Notes under the pieces: model-generated
Seen by the model: only the letters and a program-made list of their open reading frames with translations
Told to the model about the DNA's origin: nothing
Database searches by the model: none
Made by a program: the position numbers and the translations under genes
Part shown: one piece after another, positions 9,841-23,062 of the stretch
Numbering within the stretch: position 1 is the first letter of the stretch
Layout of the letters: each line of letters starts with the position of its first letter
Origin: Haliotis rubra
Lineage: Eukaryota
Direction: 5' to 3'
Length of the DNA: 64,000 nt
Assembly: GCF_003918875.1 (NCBI RefSeq)
Contig: NW_025766225.1
Span: 124,001-188,000, forward strand

Positions 9841-12800
9841 GGAGGCATGGAGGTTTGGAGGCATGGGGACTTTGAGCCATGGGGACTTGGAGGCTGAGGC
9901 ATGGAACATGGACACTTGGAGGTTTGGAAGATTGGAGACGAGGCATGGGGACTTGGAGGCTTGGAGACTTTGAGGCCTGTGGATATGGAGGCGTGGAGGC
10001 TTGGGGGCATGGGGACTTGGAGGCATGGGGACTTGGAGGCTTGGAGGCATGGGTATTTGGAGGCATGGGTGCTTGGAGGCATGGGGACATGGAGGCATGG
10101 GGACTGGAGGCTTGGAGGTTTGGGGGGCACGGGGACATGGGGATATGGAGGTATGTAGACATGGGGACTTGGAGGTTTGGAGGCATGAGGACATGGAGGC
10201 TTGGAGACTGCCAGGCTTCCAGACATGGAGGCTTGGAGGCATGGATACTTGGAGGCTAGGAGGCATCGGGACATGGAGTGTTGAAGACTTGGAGGCTTGG
10301 AGACTTGGAGACTTGGAGGCGTGGAGGCGTGGAGGCGTGGAGGCGTGGAGGCTTGGAAACTTGGTTGCTTGGATGCTTAGAGGCTTGAAAGCATGGAGAC
10401 TTAGAGGCATGGGGACATGGAGACTTGGAGGCATGTTGATATGGAGGCGTGGAAGCTTGGGGGCATGGGGACTTGAAGGCATGGGGATTTGAAGGCTTGG
10501 AGGCATGGAGACTTGGAGGCATGGGGATTTGGAGGCTTGGAGGCTTGGAGGAATAGGGACTTGGGGGCTTGGAGGCATGGGGACGTGGAGGATTGGGGAC
10601 ATGGAGGTTTGGAGGCATCGGGACAAGGCTTGGAGCCATGGGGACTTGGATGCTTGGAGGCATGGGTATTTTGAGGCATGGGTGCTTGGAGGCATGGGGA
10701 CATGGAGGCATGGGGACTGGAGGTTTGGGGGCGTGGGGACATGGGGATATGGAGGTATGTAGACATGGGGACATGGAGGCTAGGAGGCATGCGGACATCG
10801 AGGCTTGGAGGCATGGGGACATGGGGACATGGAGGCTTGGACGCTTGGAGGCTTGTATTCGTGCTGACATGGAGGCTTAGAGGCTTGCAGGCATGGGGGC
10901 ATCGGGATTTGGAGGCATGGAGAATTAGCGGCATGGACTTGGAGGCTTGGAGGTTTGGAAGCATGCAAACATGGAGGCTTGAAGGAATGGGGACATTGAG
11001 GCTTGGAGGTATGGGGACATGGAGGCTCTGAGGCTTGGAGGCATGGGGACATTGAGACTTTGAGGCTTGGACTCGTGGGGACATGGAGGCTTGGAGGCTT
11101 GGAGCCATGGGGACTTCGAAGCTTGGAGGCATGGGGAATTGAAGGCATGGGGACTGGAGGCTTGGAGGCTTGGAGGCTTGGAGGCTTGGAGGCTTGGGGG
11201 CATGGGGCCATGGAGGAATGGAGAAATGGGGCCATGGAGGAATGGAGACATAGGGACTTGGAGCTTTGGAGACATGATGACATGGAAGCTTGGAGACTTG
11301 GAGGATTGGAAACTTGGTTGCTTGGAGGCTTGGAGGCTTGAAGGCATGGAGACGTGGAGGCATGGGGTCATGGAGGCTTGAAGGCAAGGGGACTTGGAGG
11401 CTTGTAGACTTGGATGCATTGGGACTTGGATGCTTGGAGGCATAGGGACATGGAAGCTTGGAGGCTTGGAGCAATGCGAACATGGAGGCTAGGAGGCATG
11501 GGGACATTGAGGCTTTGAGGCCACGGAGGCTTGGAGGCTTGGAAACTCGGTTGCTTGGAGGCTTGGAGGCTTGAAGGCATGGAGCCTTGGAGGCATGGAG
11601 ACATGGGGGCATGAGATCTTGGAGGCTTAGAAGCTTAGAGGCATAGGGACATGGAGTCTTGGAGGCTTGGAGCCATGGTGACTTGGAGGCTTGGAGACAT
11701 AGTGGCTTGGACGTTTGGAGGCATGGAGACATGGGGACATTGAGGCTTAGAGGCTTGGAGGCATCGGGACATGGAGGCTTCGAGACTTGGAGGCTTGGAG
11801 ACTTGGAGACTTGGAGGCGTGGAGGCGTGGAGGCTTGGAAACTTGGTTGCTTGGATGCTTAGAGGCTTGAAAGCATGGAGACTTAGAGGCATGGGGACAT
11901 GGAGACTTGGAGGCATGTTGATATGGAGGCGTGGAAGCTTGGGGGCATGGGGACTTGAAGGCATGGGGATTTGAAGGCTTGGAGGCATGGAGACTTGGAG
12001 GCATGGGGATTTGGAGGCTTGGAGGCTTGGAGGAATAGGGACTTGGGGGCTTGGAGGCATGGGGACGTGGAGGATTGGGGACATGGAGGTTTGGAGAGCA
12101 TCAGGACAAGGCTTGGAGCCATGGGGACTTGGATGCTTGGAGGCATGGGTATTTTGAGGCATGGGTGCTTGGAGGCATGGGGACATGGAGGCATGGGGAC
12201 TGGAGGTTTGGGGGCGTGGGGACATGGGGATATGGAGGTATGTAGACATGGGGACATGGAGGCTAGGAGGCATGCGGACATCGAGGCTTGGAGGCATGGG
12301 GACATGGGGACATGGAGGCTTGGACGCTTGGAGGCTTGTATTCGTGCTGACATGGAGGCTTAGAGGCTTGCAGGCATGGGGGCATCGGGATTTGGAGGCA
12401 TGGAGAATTAGCGGCATGGACTTGGAGGCTTGGAGGTTTGGAAGCATGCAAACATGGAGGCTTGAAGGAATGGGGACATTGAGGCTTGGAGGTATGGGGA
12501 CATGGAGGCTCTGAGGCTTGGAGGCATGGGGACATTGAGACTTTGAGGCTTGGACTCGTGGGGACATGGAGGCTTGGAGGCTTGGAGCCATGGGGACTTC
12601 GAAGCTTGGAGGCATGGGGAATTGAAGGCATGGGGACTGGAGGCTTGGAGGCTTGGAGGCTTGGAGGCTTGGAGGCTTGGGGGGCATGGGGCCATGGAGG
12701 AATGGAGAAATGGGGCCATGGAGGAATGGAGACATAGGGACTTGGAGCTTTGGAGACATGATGACATGGAAGCTTGGAGACTTGGAGGATTGGAAACTTG

Positions 12801-15800
12801 GTTGCTTGGAGGCTTGGAGGCTTGAAGGCATGGAGACGTGGAGGCATGGGGTCATGGAGGCTTGAAAGCAAGGGGACTTGGAGGCTTGTAGACTTGGATG
12901 CATTGGGACTTGGATGCTTGGAGGCATAGGGACATGGAAGCTTGGAGGCTTGGAGCAATGCGAACATGGAGGCTAGGAGGCATGGGGACATTGAGGCTTT
13001 GAGGCCACGGAGGCTTGGAGGCTTGGAAACTCGGTTGCTTGGAGGCTTGGAGGCTTGAAGGCATGGAGCCTTGGAGGCATGGAGACATGGGGGGCATGAG
13101 ATCTTGGAGGCTTAGAAGCTTAGAGGCATAGGGACATGGAGTCTTGGAGGCTTGGAGCCATGGTGACTTGGAGGCTTGGAGACATAGTGGCTTGGACGTT
13201 TGGAGGCATGGAGACATGGGGACATTGAGGCTTAGAGGCTTGGAGGCATCGGGACATGGAGGCTTCGAGACTTGGAGGCTTGGAGACTTGGAGACTTGGA
13301 GGCGTGGAGGCGTGGAGGCGTGGAGGCTTGGAAACTTGGTTGCTTGGATGCTTAGAGGCTTGAAAGCATGGAGACTTGGAGGCATGGGGACATGGAGACT
13401 TGGAGGCATGTGGATATGGAGGCGTGGAGGCTTGGGGGCATGGGGACTTGGAGGCATGGGGATTTGAAGGCTTGGAGGCATGGGGACGTGGATGCTTGGG
13501 GACATGGAGGCTTGGAGGCTTGGAGGCATCGGGACGAGGCTTGGAGGTTTGGAGCCATGGGGATTTGGAGCAATTGCGACTTGGAGACTTGGAGGCATGG
13601 GGACTTGGAGGCTTGGAGGCATGGGTATTTTGAGGCATGGGTGCTTGGAGGCATGGGGACATGGAGGCATGGGGACTGGAGGCTTGGAGGTTTGGGGGCA
13701 CGGGGACATGGGGATATGGAGGTATGTAGTCATGGGGACTTGGAGATTTGGAGGCATGAGGACATGGAGGCTTGGAGGTTTGGGGACATGGAGGCTTGGA
13801 GACTGCCAGGCTTCCAGACATGGAGGCTGGGAGGCATGGATACTTGGAGGCTAGGAGGCATCGGGACATGGAGGCTTGGAGACTTGGAGGCTTGGAGACT
13901 TGGAGACTTGGAGGCGTGGAGGCGTGGAGGCGTGGAGGCGTGGAGGCTTGGAGGCTTGGAGGCTTGGAGGCTTGGAAACTTGGTTGCTTGGATGCTTAGA
14001 GGCTTGAAAGCATGGAGACTTAGAGGCTTGGGGACATGGAGACTTGGAGGCATGTGGATATGGAGGCGTGGAGGCTTGGGGGCATGGGGACTTGGAGGCA
14101 TGGGGATTTGAAGGCTTGGAGGCATGGAGACTTGGAGGCATGGGGATTTGGGGGCTTGGAGGCTTGGAGGAATAGGGACTTGGGGGCTTGGAGGCATGGG
14201 GACGTGGAGGCTTGGGGACATGGAGGTTTGGAGGCATCGGGACAAGGCTTGGAGCCATGGGGACTTGGATGCTTGGAGGCATGGGTATTTTGAGGCATGG
14301 GTGCTTGGAGGCATGGGGACTTGGAGGCTTGCAGACTGCCAGGCTTGCAGACATGGAGGCTTGGAGGCATTGGGACATGGAGGCTTGGAGACTTGGAGAC
14401 TTGGAGGCAAGGGGACATGGAGGCTTGGAGGCATGGGGACTTGGAGGCTTGGAGATTTGGAGGCATGTATACATGGGGACATGGAAGCTTGGAGGCTTGG
14501 AGGCTTGGAGGCTTGGGGGCTTGGGGGCATGGGGACATGGAGAAATGGAGAAATGGGGCCATGGAGGAATGGAGACATGGGGACTTGGAGCTTTGGAGGC
14601 ATGAGGACATGGAAGCTTGGAGACTTGGAGGCTTGGAAACTTGGTTGCTTGGAGGCTTGGAGGCTTGAAGGCATGGAGACGTGGAGGCATGGGGTCATGG
14701 AGGCTTGAAGGCAAGGGGACTTGGAGGCTTGGAGACTTGGAGGCTTGGAGACGTGGAGGCATGGGGACATGGAGGCTTCGAAGCATGGGGACATGGAGGC
14801 TTGGAGGCTTGGAGCCATGGAGGCTTTGAGGTTTGGAGGCATGCGAACATGGAGGCTTGGAAGCATGGGGACATTGAGGCTTGGAGGTATGGAGACATGG
14901 AGGCTCTGAGGCTTGGAGGCATGGGGACTTGGAGGCTTCGAAATTTGGAGGCAAGGAGACTTGGAAGCTTGGAGACTTGCAAGGTTGGAGGCTTGGAGAC
15001 TTGGAGACTTGGAGGCATGGGAATTTGGAGGCTTCGAAGTTTGCAGGCATGGGGACTTGGAGGCCTGGAGACTTGTGGCTTGGAGGTTTGGAGGCATGGG
15101 GACTTGGAGGCTTACAGACTGCCAGGCTTGCAGACATGGAGTCTTGGAGGCATGGAGACTTGGAGGCTAGGAGGCATTAGGACATGGAGGCTTGGAGACT
15201 TGTGGGCTTGAAGGCTTGGATGCATGTAGACTTGGAGGCGTGGAGGCTTGGAAACTTGGTTGCTTTGAGGCTTGGAAGCTTGAAGGCATGGAGACTTGGA
15301 GGCATGGGGACATGGAGGCTTGGAAGCATGGAGACATGGAGGCTTGGAGGTATGGAGACATGGAGGCTCTGAGGCTTGGAGGCATGGGGACTTGGAGGCT
15401 TCGAGATTTGGAGGCAAGGAGACTTGGAAGCTTGGAGACTTGCAAGGTTGGAGGCTTGGAGACTTGGAGACTTGGAGGCATGGGAATTTGGAGGCTTCGA
15501 AGTTTGCAGGCATGGGGACTTGGAGGCCTGGAGACTTGTGGCTTGGAGGTTTGGAGGCATGGGGATTTGGAGGCTTACAGACTGACAGGCTTGCAGACAT
15601 GGAGTCTTGGAGGCATGGAGACTTGGAGGCTAGGAGGCATTAGGACATGGAGGCTTGGAGACTTGTGGGCTTGAAGGCTTGGATGCATGTAGACTTGGAG
15701 GCGTGGAGGCTTGGAAACTTGGTTGCTTTGAGGCTTGGAAGCTTGAAGGCATGGAGACTTGGAGGCATGGGGACATGGAGGCTTGGAAGCATGGGGACTT

Positions 15801-16220
15801 GGAGGCTTGGAGGCATGGAGACATGGAGGCTTGGAGACATGGAGGCATTGAGGCATTGGGACATTGAAGCTTTGAGGCCATGGAGGCTTGGAGGCTTGGA
15901 GCCATGGGGACTTCGAGGCTTGGGGGCATGGAGGCATGGGGACTTGGAGGCTTGGAGACTTAGGGGCTTGGAGGTTTGGAGGCATGGAGGCAAGGAGGCA
16001 TAGAGGCTTGGATACTTGGAGGCTTGGAGGCATGGAGACATGGAGGCTTGGAGACATGGGGACATGGAAGATTGGAGGCTTGGAGCCATTGGGACTTGGA
16101 GGCTAGGAGGCTTCGAAGCATGGGTACATGGAGGCTTGGAGGCATGGGGACATGGATGTTTGGAGGCATGGGGACTTGGAGGCTTGGAGACTTGGAGACT
16201 TGGAAACTTGGAAGCATGGG
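9841..16220 (+). repeat. G-rich 8-9-bp satellite (GGAGGCTT/GGAGGCAT/GGGGACAT) with higher-order duplications of about 1.48 kb and 463 bp
   Basis: Continuous degenerate octamer array. Diagnostic variants recur at an offset of about 1483 (e.g. CTTGTATTCGTGCTGAC near 10852 and 12335) and at an offset of 463 (TTACAGACTG near 15112 and 15575). Confidence 0.95.
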
Positions 16221-16568
16221 AGTAGTATATACACTGGGGGTACGAGATAAAGTTCAGCAAAAGCCTCTGTAAAGCTTCATTCACTAAATACAGCTTTTGT
16301 CAGGCCCTTATCTCTCTCCGCTATTTTATATACCAGGTTTGAACCCCCTGTTAACTTCCTGGTCACTATGACCGCGAACCAAAACTTTCCTGATCACGTG
16401 ACACTATGTCGTGTTGACCTCGAGGAAACAGTTGGTTACAGGATACTATTGGGATTACTCGACAAGGTAAGTGTTAAATATTTTGCTTGGGGGGTAACAT
16501 TGTGCTGTGATTCCTCTCTGGCGGCGGCTCGTGGCTGCCCTACATGATGTTGATCTCAGCAAAACAGT

Positions 16569-17189
16569 TTAACGTGAATCTCCTATGATTTCTTTGGTTT
16601 TCATAATTGAGGCTTGCTGGGCTTGTTGTATCCCCTGTTCTATGTACTTTTTTGGCTCGTCTTCGCTGACGGCAGTTTTACGAGACTTGTTTCGAATCTC
16701 TCGTTTCATTTCATGATATTTTGTGAGTTGGGAGAGGACCAAACGAAACTCTTCCTCTGAGATTTTATTGTCAGTGAGTGCGGTGGAAATATGGTCGTCT
16801 ATGGTGTTTAACTTCGCATCGGCTAGGATCCTGATCTCGTCGTGTTTCAATGCCTTACGATGCAGTCTGCGTGACACAAACTTAAACACCAATCCAGCCA
16901 ACCCTGACACCCCAGCTGTTATTTCGATGCCTAGCACTACGGGTGCGGCTACGATGGTGGTCAACAACCCCACACCTACTGCCCTTAACCCCATACTGGT
17001 AGCCATAAGGGTGGTATCAACCCCATCCACGACATTGAAAGCTCTATGGTACTTCTTGTACAATGCTGCCCGTGTGTCGCGGTCTTGTTCTAGTTGGCAT
17101 TTTACGTCCACATAACTGTTTCAATCGAAACCCGTCCTCACGGTTTCCAGTGTCTTAGCTACTACCTCTACGACTGGGTACAGCCCCAT
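16569..17189 (-). CDS. Polinton membrane-hairpin/coiled-coil protein (~205 aa in the A/B consensus), copy A
   Basis: MGLYP...FRLKQL...LYKKYHR, two hydrophobic segments, KHDEIRILADAKLNTI and an EF-hand-like DNKISEEEF. Frameshifts near 17110-17140 are absent from copy B. Confidence 0.7.
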
Positions 17190-17388
17190 CCTGTGCGTAT
17201 AATATATACTACAAGATATTTTTTAATTGGGCTTCATATAATAGTCGATCAATGTACTTGAGGCTTATAAGGCCTACGTGCCCATGTAGGTGAATAGTGG
17301 AACGGTCAATAGGTCACTCTTGTTCTATACTAACTATATGGTTGCTTATTAAGGGGGGCAGCAACCCCGGTGAGGGTTCCGAGCTCCG

Positions 17389-17957
17389 TCATATGACGAT
17401 ACGACAATGGCGGTCTGTAAATGGATATGAATGTGGCAATCTTATTTCCACCCCAGGTAAAAGGTGCCAGGGGGGAACCACCCCCTCATCAATATCGTCT
17501 CTGAAAAAGAATTCTATGATGAATGTGGAGCCTGGGGGCATAACCATAGAATATAATAGGCCAGCATATAATCGAAATGATAAACGTGTATAACTGGATG
17601 CATTTAACATGTAGCCCGGGCGATTTGGTGTTTGGGGAAACTCTTATACTCTGAAAGTTTGGGGGTGAAACGCCGAGCAAGATACCGTTGTTCTTAATTT
17701 CGGTGATATAACTAGTGATAGGACCATCCACCCTTGGGAAAGAAACGTAAGGTGTGGTGAGGGTCATGTTGATCAACCATTTGGGCTCTCTAAAGTCCCG
17801 AGTGTGATGTTGGGCCAATGATCGGGCATTGCGCCCGTCTATACGTTGTCTTTCAAGTGTAGGACGTTACAAAGTCTTCCTGCGCCGGGCAGATCGAACC
17901 CTTCCGTGTTTCCTAGGTGCGTTAAAGCGTGGCGTTGGGCCGATGATGATTGGACAT
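17389..17957 (-). pseudogene. Fibre/spike-like protein 2, copy A (frameshifted)
   Basis: Equivalent of 31555-32127. Confidence 0.5.
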
Positions 17958-17970
17958 TGCTATAATACTA

Positions 17971-18946
17971 TTACAAGATAGTTTCCAATTGTTTTCTGAT
18001 AACCTCTCAAGGGTGCACTTCAACACCATGAGGTGTATGTTGTCGGTAGGAAGATCTTGGTGAGGGATATCGTGTCTTCCACGGTCATGGTGACCCCTTG
18101 CAGACTGGTGTGGGAGTCGACACCCACCCGCTGCGTAAACAGTGTAAGCGTGATACTGGTGCTGTTTCACCCACGGTTTGATTCCCTTCACGACTTCGAC
18201 TTAGTCCTGCGATGGCAAGCGTGGAATTTGCTGGTAGACCTTCCAGGATTTTGACCACACCGGCGAATTCAGACACCAACTGCAATGTCACGGCTTGCAC
18301 TCCGGTTTACTTTCGATAGCATGTGGGCCGCCATACTTGAGAGTGGGCTGATGATTATGCTCGTCTCCAGCGACCGGGATGTAAGCCACGAGCATGGTTC
18401 CGTTGTTCACGACTTTGTTTAGGTAGTTGTCTTTGTTCTCGTGAACACGTATGGGGAGCCGAGACTAATGTTGAGAAACCAATCCACTCGAGAGGGTAAC
18501 AACACCCACTTGTCATAGTCGGTGAAGACGAGCGTATACTGCTTGTTTCGAGCAACGGTCGTGCTCTCAACATCTTCTAGGTCGAACAGTTTGCCTTCAA
18601 ACGATGGGTATACCGCCCATCTATCATCACCGATGCGGACTAGGTCGAACTGAGTGTTGAGGGCCGCTCCTGAGGTATCTACTATCTCACCTAGGGTTCT
18701 ACCGATGGAGGAGACTTCAACGCGTTTGTAAATACTGTTTTTAAGCTGCAAGGCGTAAAGTTTACCATCTACTCCGGGGTCGTCGAACCCGCGTGTGTCC
18801 CCAAGGTCGGAGATCCCCACATTGATGCATTTTTTCAACCTCATTCCAGGACCTTGTGCGCTAGTCATTTTATGTGCAGCGTTATGCTGAGGTATCCTAT
18901 ATTCACAGGATTCACCGCTCATTATTCCTGGAAGTGTTACGTACAT
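17971..18946 (-). pseudogene. Fibre/spike-like protein 1, copy A (frameshifted)
   Basis: Equivalent of 32141-33118; LxDLxD repeats. Confidence 0.5.
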
Positions 18947-18982
18947 GTTAGAGCATATATACCCATTATATAATACTTTAAA

Positions 18983-20601
18983 ATGTACAAACCGGGAGTG
19001 TTTTTACCCTAAAATGGACATAGATTTCCCTTTATGAAGATCATGGTCGTTGGCCGGCTGGGTTATATATCGGAGCCCAGTTCATAGATGTGTTCGACCG
19101 GTATAAGCTTTTTGTGACTAACGTCAAGGCAGTCCACGCCTGGTTCAACACCCTATGCTGTTCTGGCAGAATCAACTTAACTTAGCCGTCTGGTGTCGCG
19201 ACGACTGGGTGTGGCTTGACATTGACCGACACTCGTCGGGGACCGCTGAGTCAGTCTGTGTTCACGTTTCACGTGTACTACCAGGTCAGGCGTATCCTCA
19301 AAGAGATCAGCGCTCCGCTCCCACAGGACAAAGCATGGGGCGCAGTAAACAACCCGTGCGATAGAAGCGGGCCCTCGACTGACGCAGCGTTTGCAATGAA
19401 TTCGAACTAGACCCGAAGACGGATTGGCCTTTGTCGGGCCCGAACCACGGGTTGGGTATCCCCATCGTTCACAACATGCCCCTCGTGGAAGCCAGCGAAA
19501 AGATGAAAGAATGGGGGTACAAGTCGTATCATCACATCACAACAAACGAGTGGGATGACCGTTACATGGCTTTCAACAACAGCAAGGATTACTGAGTCTG
19601 GAGGTTCGAGCAGGGGCCCGCGGATGACTGGAAAAAGTTCATGCTGGACACGTAGAGAGGGTTCACTCGTGCCGGCACCGAACGCTTGAACGACTCGATT
19701 CGAACGTACGTGTGGGCGCTGTTGGGTGGGCAGACACAAACGCGTTCCAACATCCTCGGTTAGGGGACTGCTTACGACACTCAGAAACTGTTCGTTGCTA
19801 ATGTCGAGGATGCCATCGCCACCCCGGTCGACCTGCCGAGTGCCATCAAACACTACCAAAACGTATTGACCGCCTCCGTGGTGTAGTGGTTAGAGCGTCC
19901 GCCCGGAGAGCGGAAGGTCACGGGTTCGATCCCCGACCGCGTCATACCAAAAGACGTTAAAATATGGTACTTGTTGGTTCCTGCCTGGCGCTCGGCATTA
20001 ATGGGTACAACAAGGACTGGTCGGCTCGGAGTCAGTATAATGTGTCTGAGGGGGGTATTCATGCTTCACTGCGGCATCGTATCTCAGTGGGCTAGCACTA
20101 TAAAACCAGCTTAAGTCTGGGCTAGTACAAGCAGCCGCACACACACATACACACGCATGCCCGTCGTCATATGAGCGAAATATTCTCAAGCACGACGTTA
20201 AACCCAATTTCACCTCACCTCACCTCACCTCACCTCACCAAAACGTATTGGAATACGCCCAAAGTCTAAAAATCGACTCGTCTTCGACATGGGACTGTAT
20301 ACATGTCCCGACGATCACAACTGAGGAAGCAAAAGCAGGTGGGCTACAACAACGAAATAGTTATAGCCCGCGGCCGACCAAGTTGAATTGTCAATGCAGG
20401 CATCAACGTGGTCACGTCCCACCTCCCAGGGTGAAACGGTTATAGTCGTACCACCCCCGAAGCTCAGGAGTTCAACCCACACCAACACAGCCCCTGCCAC
20501 AACACCGGGTGGCTGAAAATAACGAACACATCGATCGTAAAACAGCGCTGGTGGTTGGCGGGATCGCTCGGTTTGGGTCTCATTGGTTAAAAATTCCTTA
20601 G
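18983..20601 (+). pseudogene. Conserved Polinton protein of unknown function with a C-terminal TM anchor, copy A; SINE-interrupted
   Basis: Equivalent of 33156-34764. Confidence 0.65.
19869..20236 (+). mobile_element. tRNA-derived SINE (family 2) with a (CACCT)n tail and a 14-bp TSD
   Basis: A box TGGTGTAGTGG, B box GGTTCGATCCC; TSD ACCAAAACGTATTG at 19855-19868 and 20237-20250. Confidence 0.92.
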
Positions 20602-20638
20602 TTGCCACTTACACCAGCCGACCCACGGCGGCTGATGG

Positions 20639-21650
20639 CTTCGACTGACGTTCAACCTCACGTTGACCTCCGCCAATCGACAAACGCGAGCTCGTGCGGA
20701 ACGTAGGTTGAGCCATCATCAAGAAAAACCACCATCAATATCAGCGACAGCGCAGGTGTTGAGCATCAACGACAGCGACATATTTTACTGCTTTCACGGG
20801 GACCTCTGGAAAGTGAGGGAGAATGCGTCAATGGCGTGTACCACGGTATCAGCAAATCGACTTCGGTTGCGCTGTTCTGCGTGCGCGCTCGACTTCAAAG
20901 CTGCTCACAGGGCGTGTGCGTTTTAACTGGCCGCGCTGGGTGATGAAGCGAATACGGAGCTCACGTATAACGACTACAGCAAAGTCGATAAATGCGCCAA
21001 ATGGTGATGAAGCCAGTTATGCCATGCGACAACAACTCTCTGGGGTTTGACATTGTCACTAGCCCGCGGCTGGCAAAGGCAGGTTCGAAACCAGTACTCG
21101 GGGAAGGTGGCCATCCTGTATGACCGCATACAGCGATCATACAGGATAAGAGAGACATGCTGTGGAACATCAACCCTAAACATGCGGCCCGATCAATGAA
21201 AGGTATCCTGATTGTCCCTCTTGGAGGATTAACGAGCCCTTCGAAGGGACAGCGAGAAGTTTTCAACCCGAGATTGAAAAGGTGGAAGTGTGACCATCGA
21301 GGGGCGTGCCCAACCAACTGTTCAGCGCCGGTATGAGGGCAACACCAGCAGTGGGATGAGATAACGAAGCTACCAACCCGACACCAACTTACGTGGTCAA
21401 GGACCTGGACCTAAGCTCCGTGCAGATCGGTGAATACCTGACCACCAGAAATGCAGCTATGGTTGGACATGCGATCCACGGACGATGATCAATTACATGG
21501 CAGCGGTCGCGCGCATCGACAACGGCAGCAGGGGATAACCATCCAGATTGCCAAGAGAGGCTCAACCGGGCAAGTTGAAATTATATCTATGCGTGATTAT
21601 GGACGCAACCTAATATAGAGAATGGAAATTTGTGCAAAGCCATCTATTGA
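20639..21650 (+). pseudogene. Polinton major capsid protein, copy A (many indels)
   Basis: Equivalent of 34801-35802. Confidence 0.7.
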
Positions 21651-21962
21651 TCTACCCTTTACACCGCGACTCCGCACTGCACGATTTCTGTGCAGCCTCC
21701 ATCACAGGTTTGACTCTGGCCTGTCCCCAAGCGAAATCGCACGATGGTCGTAGACAATATGGACACAAAGTCGTAGCCTCGCAGTCACCCATATGATGCG
21801 CAAACAATCGTTACGGAAAATCGTGTAGACTACTTTATCGTACGGCGCCTGTGGCAAATGTGATCCAGGTCAAAACAAAACCCAAGTATCATCATATTTT
21901 TCTATATATCGGTAAGAAATATAACCTTACTACATCGGCAAAATAAAATAGTAATTTTACAG

Positions 21963-23062
21963 CCTTTCATGTCCTCATGCCTCCAAGCCCCCCTGTCTCC
22001 AAACCTCCAAGCCATTAAAAGTCTCCAAAGCCTCTAAGTCCCCATGCCTCCAACCTTGCAAGTCTCCAAGCATCCAAGTACACATGCCTCCAAGTCTCCA
22101 TGTCCCATGGCTCCAAGTTTCCAAACCTACATGTCCCCATGGCTCCTACGCCTCCAAGTTTCCATGTCCCTGAGATGCTGAAGCCTCCACGTTCGCATGC
22201 CTCTGGCTTCTTGCCTCCATGTCCCCATGCCTCCAAGCTTCCAAGTCCCAAATGCCTCCATGCCTCCATGCCTCCAAGTCTTCATGCCTCCAATCGCTCA
22301 CCTCCACCTCAACTCAGCTTCATTGCACTATTCTCCGCTCACGTACACTCAACTTCAACTCAGGGTCCACATACTCTATTCTCCGCTCACCTCCACTCAA
22401 CAGAGTTCCAATGCACTAAACCCCGCTCAACTCCACCTTAAGTCAGTTTCCAATACATTATGCCCGCTCATTCTATCAATTCTCAACTCCAATGTGCTGC
22501 TACTCCGCTCACCTCCACTCAACTCAACTCAATGAACCATATCTCTGGACACCTCCATTCAACGGAACTCAATGCACTATATACTCCGCTCACTTCAACT
22601 CAACTGAATTGCATTGTACACTGCTCAGCTCCATTCAATTCACCACTACTCTAATGCACTATATTGTTTCACTTCCACCTCGGGACTCAACTCATCTGCA
22701 ATGTACGATACTTCGATCACCTCCATTCAACTAAACCTCCACATGCACTATACACCGCTCATTCCAGAGGTGTCCGGAGTATAGTGCATTGGAGTTGAGT
22801 TGAGTGAAGGAGAGCAGATTTTTGTGGATTGGAGTGGAGTTGAGTGGAGTATTGCATTGGAGCTGAGTTAAAGATGAATTGAATTGAGCGGAGTATAGTG
22901 CATTGCGGTGGAGCAGAGTGAAGGTGAGCGAAGTACAGCGCAATGGAGTTGAGTTGAGGAAGGTGAGCGGAATGTAGTGCATTTCAGTTGAGTGGAGGAG
23001 AGCATTGTTTAGTTCATTGGAGTTGAGATTGAATGGAGGTGACCGAAGCATAGTGCATTGCG
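21963..23062. repeat. Duplicated inverted GGAGGC satellite plus the 40-bp palindromic minisatellite
   Basis: Copy of 7309-8402. Confidence 0.85.

Larger units (their letters stand above)
7033..21680 (+). repeat. Copy A of a ~14.6-kb head-to-tail duplication
   Basis: Colinear with 21676-35824; junction microhomology ACTGC at 7033, 21676 and 35820. Confidence 0.9.
16221..21680 (+). mobile_element. Polinton/Maverick-like element, left part (copy A), cut by the duplication junction just inside the ATPase gene
   Basis: Starts AGTAGTATATACAC at the satellite edge (Polinton termini typically begin AG/AGTAGT) and carries the same genes as copy B up to the capsid gene. Confidence 0.8.

Noticed and set aside
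19869-19945. tRNA genes at 19869, 34030, 57704, 58236 and 5815-5887
   Set aside because: These are SINE heads followed by a body, a simple-repeat tail and in several cases a TSD; they lack a proper acceptor stem.
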